From: Microcoleus sp.
GTDB lineage: Bacteria; Cyanobacteriota; Cyanobacteriia; Cyanobacteriales; Microcoleaceae
DNA length: 64,000 nt
Assembly (NCBI GenBank): GCA_052279835.1
Contig: CP181291.1
Coordinates: 4,992,001 to 5,056,000 of the forward strand
Direction of reading: 5' to 3'
The position numbers and the translations under genes were made by a program. Positions within the stretch are counted from its first letter, which is position 1, and each line of letters begins with the position of its first letter. Positions 29,404-41,000 of this stretch are shown one piece after another. The notes beneath the pieces were generated by a model that was given only the letters and a program-made list of their open reading frames with translations, ran no database searches and was not told where the DNA came from.

Positions 29404-30096
29404 TTAAGGATTAACTGTGGGTAACTCCAAATACTCTTCATTGTCAAGATAATCTCTGATATTTTCCAGTATTTGCGTCAAATACTCTACGACTTCTTCC
29501 TTAATTTCTAATAGTTGCTTAATTGTCTTATCTCGCCCAACTTCCTCAAAAGACTTAATGCCGTGCGCTAAGTCATTTCTATTACTTTTAATAACTACAA
29601 GATTTTGTCCGTTGTTTGTCTTAGCAAAGTCTGTTTGATATGAAAAACCGTATTTGTCTGCTATTTCTTTAATTAACCTAGCATCCACATTCCCCGAAAA
29701 CAGTTCTTCACGTTCAAATGTAGCTGTGATGATATCAGTAGAGAGTTGGTTAATTGTTAAATAAATTTTCTTAGGAGAACGATTTTTGAGATTTTGAAGA
29801 ACAATCATTTTGATTTCTGGTTTGAGTTGATCGAAGGAGATTGCTTGATTTTTAAACTCATCAAATATGGCTTCAATGGCATTTCGCATAGTGGATTCAA
29901 CTAAATTATACAGCAACAAAAAACCATTAGCTTTGAGAGTTTTTGCTAACTCTGGATCGAGGCTTTGAATTTGGTATTTGCCACGAGTATCGAATAAAGC
30001 TAACTTCGTTGTCTGTTTTTCCAAGCTCTCCAGAAAAATGAAGTAATCATTCACCTCTTTGGCGCGTGTATTAAAGTCTAAAAATACAGTATTCAT
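29404..30096 (-). CDS. MAE_28990/MAE_18760-like HEPN nuclease
   Basis: KTLKANGFLLLYNLVEST, FSGNVDAR and an intact RxxxxH motif RNDLAH. Start at MNTVFL. Confidence 0.85.
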   Translation of the reverse strand: MNTVFLDFNTRAKEVNDYFIFLESLEKQTTKLALFDTRGKYQIQSLDPELAKTLKANGFLLLYNLVESTMRNAIEAIFDEFKNQAISFDQLKPEIKMIVLQNLKNRSPKKIYLTINQLSTDIITATFEREELFSGNVDARLIKEIADKYGFSYQTDFAKTNNGQNLVVIKSNRNDLAHGIKSFEEVGRDKTIKQLLEIKEEVVEYLTQILENIRDYLDNEEYLELPTVNP

Positions 30097-30112
30097 GAGT
30101 GTGACATAGCAG

Positions 30113-30741
30113 TTAATTGCGGAGATATTCAATACGCGCAACTACTTTATTTCTAAAACGGGTTGCCTCAGATTTTGTGCACTATGTAAAATGGATTTAC
30201 ATTGCTATTAAAATGATTGTATCCTTTCAAATAAATCTCTTCTGACTCCATCATTCGCAGCTTCAGTTAATTGGATCGTCCGAACTGTCTTTCGGTTGAA
30301 GTTCCTCTGGCGAGGCATGAGTAAATCACTAAACTTAAATCCATTTAACTGCTCTATTTTTTTGAGTCCACTTAATGTTAATTCGTTGTTAACAAATCTA
30401 GTTAGGGTAAGAATGCGTTGTGCACCGTATACGATCTCTAAACGTGGTTCATCATTTTCATCATGACCGATATCAACAACGAATATAGAAGGTATTGGCA
30501 GCCCCCAAATTACCGATTCGATAAACTTTGATTGCCTTGTCTCATCCCAAATAAGTTCGCGTTGGTAGTCAGGAATAAACAACTTATTAGTATCATCGTT
30601 AATTCCTTCCATATATTTTTGAACAAGTATTTCGAGTGGATAGTCTCTCGTATCGTAATTAATTTCCTGCTGCTTGTCGCGGATTTGCATTTCAGCAGCA
30701 TTTCTGTCTTGAAGCGTAATTTGTTCTAGTTTCGATCGCAT
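30113..30741 (-). pseudogene. DUF262 (GmrS/ParB-like) gene, truncated/internally deleted
   Basis: FIPDYQRELIWD and SKFIESVIWGLPIP are present, but EIVYGAQR replaces DGxQR. The ORF stops at FERIQSF (30208). A C-terminal-like remnant KVVARIEYLRN lies at about 30113-30180. Confidence 0.75.
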
Positions 30742-30943
30742 ATTTTTAACTAACGGGTGAGTGTTGTGAATACGATAATTTTACCACAGCCCAGGGTGGA
30801 TAAAGTCCTGTTCGGAGAATTTTAGTCTTGAGGCCAGCCAGTGTAAATTATGATTTGGCTAAGATGATGCGGTCGATCGCACTTATCAAAAAAAGTGCAA
30901 TCGCCAATGTTTAGTTAACTGAAATCGCAGCGAAAATTACCAT

Positions 30944-31180
30944 TTATAACGCGCTGGTGACGGGATTGGAAGGACGATCTGCCAACGCGGATAAACGGTG
31001 ACTGTCCCCGCTTATATCGAACACAACCTCAAACTTAACGTGAGGTATTGTTTGTCGCAAAAACTTGAAATGGCCGTCGGCATCGGAACGGCTGCGGAAG
31101 CGGGCAACAATTATCCATTGCTAAGTCGGTAACAAACGGGCGATCGCCCAACAGCACAAGCGTTGTTTGTATGTCATCAT
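30944..31180 (-). pseudogene. Small cyanobacterial hypothetical gene with an in-frame TAG
   Basis: Reads MMTYKQRLCCWAIARLLPT*QWIIVARFRSRSDADGHFKFLRQTIPHVKFEVVFD...: one frame, one internal stop at 31121-31123. Confidence 0.7.
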
Positions 31181-31291
31181 AGAACTCGTCTCCATTGAAT
31201 GTTGGAGCCAGAGCCAGCCCAGAACCTTGGACAGTTGAGGGGCTGGCTTTTGACTGTTTAAGGCCTGAGCCTTATCTACACTAATAGCATA

Positions 31292-31314
31292 ATTTGATGT
31301 CATTGACATCAAAT
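31292..31314. promoter_or_regulatory. Perfect palindrome, candidate RHH operator
   Basis: ATTTGATGTCA-T-TGACATCAAAT lies between the divergent pseudogene and the RHH genes. Confidence 0.5.
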
Positions 31315-31384
31315 GGCACAAAAAAAGATCGAAGGGTGTTGGAGTGTAAGATTGAAGACAATTGAAGTCAAACCATGCCTGCCA

Positions 31385-31570
31385 ATGCCTTCACGTATGC
31401 GAGTCACAGTTACACTGCCAGAAGACGTTCATCAAGCCTTGTCCGAATGGGCCCAACAGGAAGATAGAACACTCGCAAACCTGCTCTCCCATGTGGCTGC
31501 TAAAGCAGTCAGAGAACGCCAAGAGCGAGAAGAGAAGAAAAAGGACGAATCAGAAGACGATCGCACTTAA
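31385..31570 (+). CDS. CopG-like ribbon-helix-helix protein (copy 1)
   Basis: RVTVTLPEDVHQALSEWAQQEDRTLANLL: alternating beta strand followed by two helices. Confidence 0.85.
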   Translation: MPSRMRVTVTLPEDVHQALSEWAQQEDRTLANLLSHVAAKAVRERQEREEKKKDESEDDRT

Positions 31571-31623
31571 GCGATGGCCACAGCGTAAGATGGACTGTGT
31601 TGATATGTTTTGTAGTGCAACGA

Positions 31624-31800
31624 ATGGCTTCACGGGGAAGAGTTACCGCATATCTGCCAGAGGAAATTCAAAAAGCTCTGGAAGAATGGGCAGAAGAAGA
31701 AAGCAGATCCGTTAGCAGTTTGGCAACGTACCTGCTGACTAAATCTGTTCGAGAGCGTCAAGAGTTGAAACAGGATAAATCAAAAGGCGATCGCCCTTAA
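31624..31800 (+). CDS. CopG-like ribbon-helix-helix protein (copy 2)
   Basis: RVTAYLPEEIQKALEEWAEEESRSVSSLA; paralogous to copy 1. Confidence 0.85.
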   Translation: MASRGRVTAYLPEEIQKALEEWAEEESRSVSSLATYLLTKSVRERQELKQDKSKGDRP

Positions 31801-32019
31801 GCGATGCCCCATCCCTTGTGGCGCGGGCTTCCCGCCCGCCATTTATATCAATTCCGGTTGTGTCGGAATGATTTAACCGCGAAGGCGCTAAGGACGACCC
31901 CCCCCTGCCCCCCCCAAGGGGGGAAAGAGGAAGAGAAGAGAGAGTTTAATACAGGACGATGAAGACCAGGATTTTATATTACCTGCTGTTAAAACAAGAA
32001 CGATCGCTACTCAAAAAAA

Positions 32020-32043
32020 TAAGGTGAGCCGCAGCCCACCTTA
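32020..32043 (-). terminator. Hairpin downstream of clpB
   Basis: TAAGGTGAGC-CGCA-GCCCACCTTA is an imperfect stem, followed by a U-run on the minus strand. Confidence 0.55.
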
Positions 32044-32049
32044 CTAAGA

Positions 32050-34665
32050 TTATTTAACAGTCACCAACTCGGCCGGCAACCTTTTAAAGGCCAACCTTTC
32101 ATTCTCGATATCGACAAAAATCGTATCTCCGTCCACAAAATCTCCCCGCAAAATACCCTTCGCCATTTGCGTTTCCAACTCCCGTTGAATTCCCCGCTTC
32201 AAAGGCCGCGCACCATACACCGGGTCGTAGCCTATTTCTGCTAAGAAATCAAGAGCAGATTCCGACAATTTTAGAGACATTTTGCGATCGGCCAAACGTT
32301 TTTCCAAGCGCTTCACTTGCAACAGCACAATCTGGCGCAATTCTGGCTTAGTCAAACTGTGGAAAATAATCATTTCATCAATCCGGTTCAAGAATTCCGG
32401 GCGGAATGTTCCCCGCATCGCTTCCATCACCCGACTCCGCATTTGTTCCTCATCTCCCGCCACATCTAAAATGTATTGAGAGCCGACATTCGATGTCATA
32501 ATAATCACAGAATTCTTGAAATCTACTGTGTGACCTTGAGCGTCGGTAACGCGGCCGTCATCGAGAATTTGCAGCATGATATTGAATACATCCGGGTGTG
32601 CTTTCTCGATTTCATCGAATAGAATCACCGAGTAAGGACGGCGGCGCACGGCCTCAGTTAATTGTCCGCCTTCATCGTAGCCGACGTATCCCGGAGGCGC
32701 ACCAATCAACCGCGAAACTGCGTGTTTTTCCATGTATTCCGACATATCAATTCGCACGATCGCCTCTTCTGTATCAAACAGATAAGACGCTAAGGCTTTA
32801 GCTAACTCGGTTTTGCCCACACCCGTCGGGCCGAGGAATATAAAACTAGCAACGGGACGGTTCGGATCGGCTAAACCTGCGCGCGATCGCTGAATGGCAT
32901 CTGCAACCGCAGTCACCGCTTCATCCTGTCCAATTACCCGCTTGTGCAGTTCATCTTCCAAGTGCAGAAGTTTCTGCATTTCCGATTCAACTAACTTGCT
33001 AATCGGAATTCCCGTCCACTTAGAAATAATCTCGGCAATGTCCGATTCAGTGACTTCTTCCCGCAGCAGAGTTTGACCTGTAGTTTGAGTTGCTGTTAGT
33101 TGAGTTTCCGCTTCTTGCAGTTGTTTTTGCAACTGAGTTAAGGTTCCATATTTTAATTCAGCAGCGCGATTGAGGTCGTATTTTAACTCAGCTTGTTGAA
33201 TTTCAATGTTAGCCTTGTCGATTTGTTCTTTAATCTTTTGAATGCTACCAATGACACCTTTTTCCGATTGCCATTGAGCATTCAAACCGCTTTGCTGTTC
33301 CTTGAGGTTGGCTAAGTCTTTTTCCAGTCTTTCCAAACGTTCAATGGAAGCAGCATTGCTTTCTTTTTGCAGCGATAGTCTTTCCATTTCTAGCTGCAAA
33401 ATTTTGCGGTCGATTTCGTCTAGTTCTTCCGGTTTGGAGGTAATCTCCATTTTGAGTTTAGCGGCCGCTTCGTCCACTAGGTCAATGGCTTTGTCTGGCA
33501 AAAAGCGATCGCTAATATATCTGGTTGACAAAGTAGCCGCCGCCACTAGGGCGCTGTCGGAGATTTTTACGCCGTGGTGTACTTCGTAACGTTCCTTCAA
33601 ACCGCGCAAAATTGAGATAGTATCTTCAACTGTTGGTTGGTCAACGTAAACTTGTTGAAAACGGCGTTCTAGGGCTGCATCTTTTTCGAGATATTTGCGG
33701 TATTCGTCGAGAGTTGTAGCGCCGATACAGCGCAATTCTCCCCTCGCCAACATCGGTTTTAATAAGTTGCCTGCATCCATGGAACCTTGGGTAGCACCGG
33801 CCCCGACAACTGTGTGAATTTCATCAATAAATAAGATGACTTTCCCGTTGCTGTCCATCACTTCTTTGAGGACTGCTTTCAAGCGTTCTTCAAATTCTCC
33901 TCGGAATTTTGCACCGGCAATTAATGCGCCCATATCTAAGCTAATTAATTGTCTGTCTTTGAGAGATTGGGGGACATCTCCGGTGATAATTCGCTGGGCT
34001 AGTCCTTCGGCGATCGCAGTTTTTCCTACTCCCGGTTCTCCGATTAAGACGGGGTTGTTTTTGGTGCGACGGCTCAATATTTGAATCGTGCGGCGGATTT
34101 CGTCATCTCGTCCGATGACTGGATCGAGTTTGCCTTGACGGGCTGCTTCTGTCAAGTCTCGGCCGTATTTTTCCAGCGCTTCGTATTTGCCTTCTGGATT
34201 TTGGTCTGTCACTTTGTTGTTCCCCCGGACTTGGGTAATTATTTCTTTGAGTTTGGCTTCATTTAGTTTAAATTCTTGTAACAGATTTTTGCCAAAGCGA
34301 TCGTCTTTGACGTATCCTAGTATCAGGTGTTCGACCGAAATAAATTCATCACCATAATCTTTGCGGTAAGCTTCTGCTCGATCGAGTAAAGTGTCGAGAG
34401 AACGACCGAGATAAACATTGTTGGTGCTTCCAGAGATTTTCGGCTGGCGGCTGATAAACTCATCGGTGCGATCGCGCAATTTGGTTACTGATACGCCTGC
34501 TTTATTAAATAAGCTGCTAGCTAGTCCCGATTCTTGTTCCAGCAAAGCTTTCATCAAGTGTTCGCTTTCTAGCTGCTGCTGCTGGGCTGCTTTTACGAGT
34601 TCGGGAGTCCGAGACAGGGCTTCCCAGGCTTTTTCGGTAAATTGGTTTGGATTATTGGGTTGCAT
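32050..34665 (-). CDS. clpB: ATP-dependent chaperone ClpB
   Basis: Two AAA+ modules ([18 protein letters not shown]), middle coiled-coil domain, [12 protein letters not shown]. Start at [10 protein letters not shown]. Confidence 0.98.
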   Translation of the reverse strand: MQPNNPNQFTEKAWEALSRTPELVKAAQQQQLESEHLMKALLEQESGLASSLFNKAGVSVTKLRDRTDEFISRQPKISGSTNNVYLGRSLDTLLDRAEAYRKDYGDEFISVEHLILGYVKDDRFGKNLLQEFKLNEAKLKEIITQVRGNNKVTDQNPEGKYEALEKYGRDLTEAARQGKLDPVIGRDDEIRRTIQILSRRTKNNPVLIGEPGVGKTAIAEGLAQRIITGDVPQSLKDRQLISLDMGALIAGAKFRGEFEERLKAVLKEVMDSNGKVILFIDEIHTVVGAGATQGSMDAGNLLKPMLARGELRCIGATTLDEYRKYLEKDAALERRFQQVYVDQPTVEDTISILRGLKERYEVHHGVKISDSALVAAATLSTRYISDRFLPDKAIDLVDEAAAKLKMEITSKPEELDEIDRKILQLEMERLSLQKESNAASIERLERLEKDLANLKEQQSGLNAQWQSEKGVIGSIQKIKEQIDKANIEIQQAELKYDLNRAAELKYGTLTQLQKQLQEAETQLTATQTTGQTLLREEVTESDIAEIISKWTGIPISKLVESEMQKLLHLEDELHKRVIGQDEAVTAVADAIQRSRAGLADPNRPVASFIFLGPTGVGKTELAKALASYLFDTEEAIVRIDMSEYMEKHAVSRLIGAPPGYVGYDEGGQLTEAVRRRPYSVILFDEIEKAHPDVFNIMLQILDDGRVTDAQGHTVDFKNSVIIMTSNVGSQYILDVAGDEEQMRSRVMEAMRGTFRPEFLNRIDEMIIFHSLTKPELRQIVLLQVKRLEKRLADRKMSLKLSESALDFLAEIGYDPVYGARPLKRGIQRELETQMAKGILRGDFVDGDTIFVDIENERLAFKRLPAELVTVK

Positions 34666-34887
34666 AAATTTTAATTCCCTGAATTTAAAAGGAGCGATAC
34701 TTAGCGAGGCTAATGCTCGATCGCCCGTATAATTGTCATTGTAGGGAGTTAGTGGCGATCGGGCGATCGGTATTCCGCTATCTGAAGATAGGATTTCCGT
34801 CCTTTTTCGCAGTCGATCGCAAATAATAGTAGGATTACTCAATCATTAATCCGTGTATCGGTCGTGTCAAAATCACTGTTTGTGGCT

Positions 34888-36603
34888 TCATAATTGCATA
34901 GTCACCCGTTCTGGGAGGCTGACAGTAAAAGTTGAACCTTTACCATCTTGGCTTTCGACACTAATTTCGCCACCCAGAATTTGACACAAACGTTGACTAA
35001 TTGTCAATCCCAAACCAGTCCCTCCATACTTGCGAGTAGTTGAAGCATCGGCTTGAATAAAAGGCTTAAATATCTGCTGCAATTGCTCCTCTGTCATCCC
35101 TATGCCAGTGTCGCTGACTCTAAAGACTAAAACTTGAGCAGTATAGTATGAATTAGAGATAGAATCTTCCTTATTTTTAGTTCTTTTTATCGGTCGGAGT
35201 TTTTCAATTTTCATTCTTTCTACCCCAATGGTAATCACACCTTTTTCGGTAAATTTGGCGGCGTTGCTGAGCAAGTTGAGCAGAATTTGCCGCACTTTGG
35301 GCTGGTCGGCGTACATGGTACCTAGTTCACCTTGGGTTTTTAGTGCTAAAGCATTGCCTTTTTTTTCTACTAATGGTTGAGCCGTGGTCATCACTTCTTC
35401 AATCATTGTTGCTACATCGAAGTTTTCTAAATAAAGGGTGACGTGACCGGCTTCAATTTTGGAAATATCCAGGATATCGCTAATCATATCCAGCAGGTGT
35501 TTGCCTGCTGTTTGAATTTTTTGTAAGTCGGGCAGAAAGTCTTCTGAACCGGAATCTTGAGCATCTTCTTGGAGCATTTCGCTGTAGTTGATGATGGCGT
35601 TGAGGGGGGTACGCAGTTCGTGGCTCATGTTGGCGAGAAATGCACTTTTGGAGCGGTTGGCTGCTTCGGCTGCTATTTTTGCTTCCTGCAAGTCTTCTGT
35701 ATATTCAGCTACTCGTTGAATGAGTTCGTTGAGGGAAATTGCTAGCAGTCCTACTTCGTCGGCGTTGGTGACTGGCGCTTGTAGGTCAAAGTTCGATTCT
35801 TCGGTAACTCGCTGAGCGATGAGGGTGGTGGCTTCTAGGGGGCCGGCGATCGCACCGCTGGTGTATGCTGCTAACAAGGCTGCGATCGCTGCTGATATTC
35901 CTAGAGAACAGATGAGAATTAGAGTTCCCAGTTTTTCGGCTTGGTCGTAGGTTCTAAATACTTCGTCTGCTTTGTCGCGAAAAGTACCCGCTAGTTGGGC
36001 GGAATCCAGGGAAAATTTTTCCAGTTTAAAAGCGCTGTCCCCCGTCGCAAAATTATACCAGTTGCGCTCGAACACCTGCTGCTGTTTGGGATTCAAAGCA
36101 GATAATTTCCCATTCCCCAATAGTTTCTGGACTTGTTGGAAGTAAGTTTCTACTACTTTATTGTTGGCTTTAGCGAACTCTTGAATTTTTTGATCTTGGA
36201 CTACGCCGTGATTTGAAGTCTGCGGGAGGCTTTGCAGTTGTTCTAGTTGTGCGCTCATCTGAGCCACGCGACTGAGAAAGTCCGAGCGTTCGCGATCGAA
36301 AATTTGCGGTTTTTTCGTCAGACTCACCAGCCACAACTGGTGAATTCTGACTTCCTGGGCGATATTATTAAGGTTGGTCAAGATTTCAGCTTTGTCTCGC
36401 TCGATCGCCAGTTGTTCCCTAACCTGGTGTTTGCAATAGGATTCCACTGCCCGTCCCGTCACCGCGCCCAACATAGCAATACTAATGACCAAGGCGTATC
36501 CGCAGCCGATTTTCTGCCTGATACCCAAGCGACTGAATAGATGCTTCAACCCTATTTGAGGAGGGTTCTGGAGTTGATTTTTCAAGATTAATGTTAAAGA
36601 CAT
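34888..36603 (-). CDS. HAMP-domain sensor histidine kinase
   Basis: Two TM segments, HAMP (DEVGLLA), FLANMSHELRTPLN, NAAKFT, DTGIG and GGTGLGL. Confidence 0.93.
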   Translation of the reverse strand: MSLTLILKNQLQNPPQIGLKHLFSRLGIRQKIGCGYALVISIAMLGAVTGRAVESYCKHQVREQLAIERDKAEILTNLNNIAQEVRIHQLWLVSLTKKPQIFDRERSDFLSRVAQMSAQLEQLQSLPQTSNHGVVQDQKIQEFAKANNKVVETYFQQVQKLLGNGKLSALNPKQQQVFERNWYNFATGDSAFKLEKFSLDSAQLAGTFRDKADEVFRTYDQAEKLGTLILICSLGISAAIAALLAAYTSGAIAGPLEATTLIAQRVTEESNFDLQAPVTNADEVGLLAISLNELIQRVAEYTEDLQEAKIAAEAANRSKSAFLANMSHELRTPLNAIINYSEMLQEDAQDSGSEDFLPDLQKIQTAGKHLLDMISDILDISKIEAGHVTLYLENFDVATMIEEVMTTAQPLVEKKGNALALKTQGELGTMYADQPKVRQILLNLLSNAAKFTEKGVITIGVERMKIEKLRPIKRTKNKEDSISNSYYTAQVLVFRVSDTGIGMTEEQLQQIFKPFIQADASTTRKYGGTGLGLTISQRLCQILGGEISVESQDGKGSTFTVSLPERVTMQL

Positions 36604-36823
36604 GGGCAATATACTCGTTACCCAGAAAGGCACTATCTAAATTGTAATTGATACCAGCCTGACCGTAAATAAGTTGTTAGTCGATCGACAAATTTCGTCA
36701 TTTATGGGGTCCTTGCATAATTCCGCCACCTGCTCTACTTGACATTTTGCAAAATTCATGGGCGTTTGTAAAATCCCCCGCACCTGACGACGGGGGGAGG
36801 ATCTGAAAATTTGCAACTTTCCT

Positions 36824-37345
36824 CTACTGGCAAACTCGAAATTGTGCTAACTCAGGAGGAATTTTGGAAGCATTAGGTATGCTCGCATTGGCGGGAGCGA
36901 ATATTCCCATACCGAAACTACAACCCTCTGCTTTTGTACATTCCCCAGGCTTAGCGGTGATTTGATATTCACCTTGGGATGGAGGAGTAAAAGAGATTGT
37001 CGCGAGTTCGCCTGCCTTTTGACTGGTGGCGATTTCCTTACCGTTGGCATCGGTGAGAGTTAGGTTTAAATCCTGGCAATTGCCGTCACAAGTAGCTGCA
37101 AAAATATACTCTACATCTGGATGTAGCGTAGCTCTAAAAGGAGATGAAACTTGTTTACGAACAGTGCCAAATAAAGGCACAAATACTAATTTTTTACCTT
37201 GGGATTTTCGCTGTTCAATTTCTGTTTTTAAGCGACAAGTAACTGTTTTTTGCTCGTTAGTGAGTTCTTGGGCGATCGCCTTTCCTACCATTGCCGTACC
37301 CAGCAGCAGTGCGATACCAGAAATAACCAGATGTTTGGTATTCAT
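36824..37345 (-). CDS. Secreted hypothetical protein (PPC-like, Cys-containing)
   Basis: Signal peptide ending in AIA; ATCDGNCQDLNLTLTDANG motif. Confidence 0.7.
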   Translation of the reverse strand: MNTKHLVISGIALLLGTAMVGKAIAQELTNEQKTVTCRLKTEIEQRKSQGKKLVFVPLFGTVRKQVSSPFRATLHPDVEYIFAATCDGNCQDLNLTLTDANGKEIATSQKAGELATISFTPPSQGEYQITAKPGECTKAEGCSFGMGIFAPANASIPNASKIPPELAQFRVCQ

Positions 37346-37487
37346 TGATGTCCCCTAAAGCTAATTTGTGGGTGATTGCAATAGACCGCTTTGCCGAGCA
37401 ATCTATTGAGTTATCTGGAGCCTATCACATTTGTTGGACATTGGCCAAACAGGGAATTGGGAATTGGGGATTTGACTAATGACTCAA

Positions 37488-38054
37488 TCATTTCTTACGA
37501 AAATCCCAAGCTGGCACAAACTTGGAATCTCCCCAAACGCCGCGGCGATTTTTCTTAGCTGCTGCTTCGGCTTGTTCCAGAATACTGGCGCTGGGACAGT
37601 TTTTTAAGTAAGGACGATAAACCATTGCTAGTCCTTCGCTAGTCAAAACTTCTTGCACAAATGTGCCGTTTGGTAAGCGAACTTCGCTGATTTGGCGCCC
37701 GTAGCGATCGGTATCGGTGACAGTCAAAACCACTCGATCGCCTCCTTGTTTCACTAGCTGCTGAGTTCTTTGCTGCGCTAAATTTCCCCACTTAAATTGA
37801 TTTTTTAGGGCTGCTGCTTTGCTATTCTTTTCAGCATTTGTGTGAGCCACTTCCGGTGCATCTACACAGGCAAAACGCACTTTGATATCTTTCCCAGCGC
37901 TATCGAGGGCGACAAGGGTATCGCCATCGCTGACTCGTTTGACAGCATAGTTATTCGCTGCTAATTTTTGGGGACATCCGAATAGTAACAATACCATACT
38001 TAATGTCATCAATCTTGTCATTACTCGGAAAACAGTGATTTTTGTTTGACTCAT
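37488..38054 (-). CDS. Thermonuclease (SNase-like) family lipoprotein
   Basis: RVSDGDT, VRFACVDAPE, DRYGR and AKKNRRGVW motifs; lipobox-like LFGC. Confidence 0.92.
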   Translation of the reverse strand: MSQTKITVFRVMTRLMTLSMVLLLFGCPQKLAANNYAVKRVSDGDTLVALDSAGKDIKVRFACVDAPEVAHTNAEKNSKAAALKNQFKWGNLAQQRTQQLVKQGGDRVVLTVTDTDRYGRQISEVRLPNGTFVQEVLTSEGLAMVYRPYLKNCPSASILEQAEAAAKKNRRGVWGDSKFVPAWDFRKK

Positions 38055-38066
38055 CTTGCTCGGTTT

Positions 38067-41000
38067 TTATTTAGTTTCCATCCAATTTTGACCAGCGTGG
38101 ATGTCAACTATCAATGGTACACTCAAAGGTAGGGCATTTTCCATGGCATCTTTGATTTTTGGCTGCAATTCTTCCCATTCCTGGGGAGGTACTTCAAAGA
38201 TTAATTCGTCGTGAACTTGCAGCAGCAATCGCGCCTGATAGTTTTGCAAAACTTGGTTGACTTCAATCATGGCAAGTTTAATGATATCAGCACTGGAGCC
38301 TTGGATGGGAGCGTTGGCTGCCGCCCGCAAAGATTGGGCGTCATCTCTACTGAGAGATTTAAGTCTATCGGGGTGGATGTCTTCGGGGTTAATGCCTTTT
38401 AAGTCGCTGAGGCGATCGAAGTTTAAGTAACGGCGGCGGCCGAGTATGGTGGAAACATAGCCAAGGGCGATCGCCTCTTTTTTGACTTTTTCCAAATATT
38501 CAAACACTTGACTATAACGCTGGTTAAATCGTTCAATAAACTTTTTACCATCTGCTGAGCTTTTGCCCATAGATTTGCCAAACTTAATCGCCCCCATCCC
38601 ATAAATTACCCCGAAATTAATCGTTTTGCCAAACCGTCTTTCATCCGGCGTAACATCCTCTTTTTCAAATAATAATTGAGCCGTGACTGTATGCACATCT
38701 CGGTTATTTTGATAAGCTTCAATTAACACAGGTTCTTGACTCAAATGAGCTAAAATTCGCAGTTCAATTTGAGAATAGTCAGCCGACACCATCAGCCAAC
38801 CTGATTCTGGTAAAAAAGCCTTGCGAATTTGTCGAGAAAATTCGGTACGGATGGGAATATTCTGTAAATTTGGATTGGAAGAAGAAAGCCTTCCCGTCCC
38901 AGTGGCAGTTTGGTTAAAATCTGTATGCACTCGCCCGGTATCTGCACGCACTAACTGGGGCAAAGCATCGACATAAGTAGATTTCAATTTGGATAATGTT
39001 CGGTGTTCTAATAAATCATCTACAATCGGGTGGTCTCCTTGGAGTTTATCCAAAACAGCGGCATCGGTGGAGTATCCTGTTTTGGTTTTGCGAGATTTTT
39101 TTTGAAACTCTTCTGGGATTTTTTCTAATAAGATTTCGCTTAGTTGTTTTGGGGAAGCTAAATTAAACTTTCTCCCCGCTGCTTGATAGGTGTTTTCTTC
39201 GAGTTGGGCCAATCTCTGTTCTAGTTGTTGTGAGAGTTCTTGCAGATAGGCTGAATTAATGCGAATGCCGCGATGTTCCATTTCGGCTAAAATTGGTTCT
39301 AAGGGCTGTTCGACATCGAGCAGTAACCGATGTAAAGATTTTTTAGATGGCGCATGGCGATCGGCTTCATCTAATTCTGCTCTCAGTTTATCTACTAATT
39401 GAAATGTGGTGTACACATCCATGCCGCAGTAGTTGGCTACTTCGGGAATGCTGATGTCAGCAATTGTTTTGTGTTTCGGGACTAATTCTTTGTAGCTTTT
39501 GGCGACAATTCCTAAGTATTTCCTGGATAATTCGCTGAGGCTGTGGCTGGTTTCGGGGTTGAGTACATAACTCGCTAGCATGGTGTCGAAGATGACTCCT
39601 GTTAGTTTAATTCCCTGACAGCGGAAGATGAGGCGATCGAATTTAGCATTTTGCAGCGCTTTGGGATAATTTTCGCTTTCTAAAATCGGACGCAAAGTAT
39701 TTAAAACTGTGGTTTTGTCTAAGTTTTTGCCTGTTTTATGTCCGGTTGGGATATAGGCTAAATCTTGTTCGCCGGTTCCCCAACAACAGCCAATGCCGAC
39801 TAATTCGGCGTCTCGTGGTTCTAAGGCGGTGGTTTCGGTATCCCAGGCCACAGGTGTTGTTTTGTCTGTACAGGTTTCTAGCAGTTTGACTAATTCATTT
39901 AACTGTTCTATGTTTTGAATTATCCGGGGTTTGATTGGTAATTTGTTTGCTTGTTGGGCGGCTTGGGTATCAGCATAACTCCAAAACCCTAGGTCTTCTG
40001 CTTCTGAATTTTCAAGAGCTACAGGTAAGTTTTCTGTCACACTGTCATTGGTATTTACAGTAACCGGCAAGTTTTCTGTTCCACTGTTGGAGGAGACTGC
40101 TTCTTGGTTATTGCTGATTGCTTCTTCCTTCTCTTCTACACCACCAAACCGTTGTTGAATTTGTTTGACTTTGCTTAAAAATGTCTTGAATTCTAATTTT
40201 TCTAGCATCGGTATCAATGCTGCTTCATCAAAACCTTTGAGCTGGCAATTTTTTAGTTCTACTTCTAAGGGAACGTCTTGGACGATGGTTGCCATGTGCT
40301 GAGAATGATAGGCTGCTGCTTTTCCTTCTTCTAATTTTTTCTTGGTTGCTCCTTTAATTTCGTCGATCGCTGCATAAATTCCGTCCAGGGAGTTGTAAGT
40401 GGTTAGGAGTTGGATGGCGGTTTTGTCGCCAATGCCTTTGACTCCGGGAATGTTGTCGGATTTGTCGCCGCAGAGGGCTTTGTAATCTATTACTTGTTGG
40501 GGCAATATGCCGAGTTTTTCTTGGACTTGTTCGGGACCGTATTCTTGGGATTTGCCTTTTCCCGATCGCCTTAATTCATCTGTGCTTAAGTATAAAACAC
40601 TGATTTTTTTAGCGGTGTCTACTAATTGAAATAAATCTCGATCGCCCGTGAGGATTTTGACATCATAACCGGAGGTGCTGGCTTTGTTGGCCAAAGTTCC
40701 CAAAACATCGTCGGCTTCGTAGCCGGGAGCGGTGATGGCTGGTAAGTTTAAATAGCCCAGGAGTTCTTGGAGGTTTTGCAAATCGGGGATAAAATCTTCT
40801 GGGGTTTCGGCGCGGCCGGCTTTGTAGGTTTCGTCGGCTTCGTGGCGAAAGGTGGGTGTGGCGGTGTCAAAGGCGATCGCCATGTATTCTGGTGCGATCG
40901 CCGCCATGACTTCCAACAGAGACTTGAGAAAGCCGAAACAGACGCTGGTGGGAATGCCGGTGCTAGTTCGCAAACCTCCATCTCGACTTTTGGCAAAGGC

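Noticed and set aside
31121..31123. In-frame TAG as pyrrolysine or programmed read-through
   Set aside because: No pyl machinery is visible and none is expected in cyanobacteria; a CAG-to-TAG nonsense change is simpler.
34666..34842. 59-aa N-terminal extension of ClpB
   Set aside because: Non-ATG start and no ClpB-like sequence; the protein plausibly begins at [10 protein letters not shown].
40000..40090. Low-complexity insertion in PolA (TENLPV twice) as an intein
   Set aside because: No intein terminal motifs; it is a short duplication in the interdomain linker.
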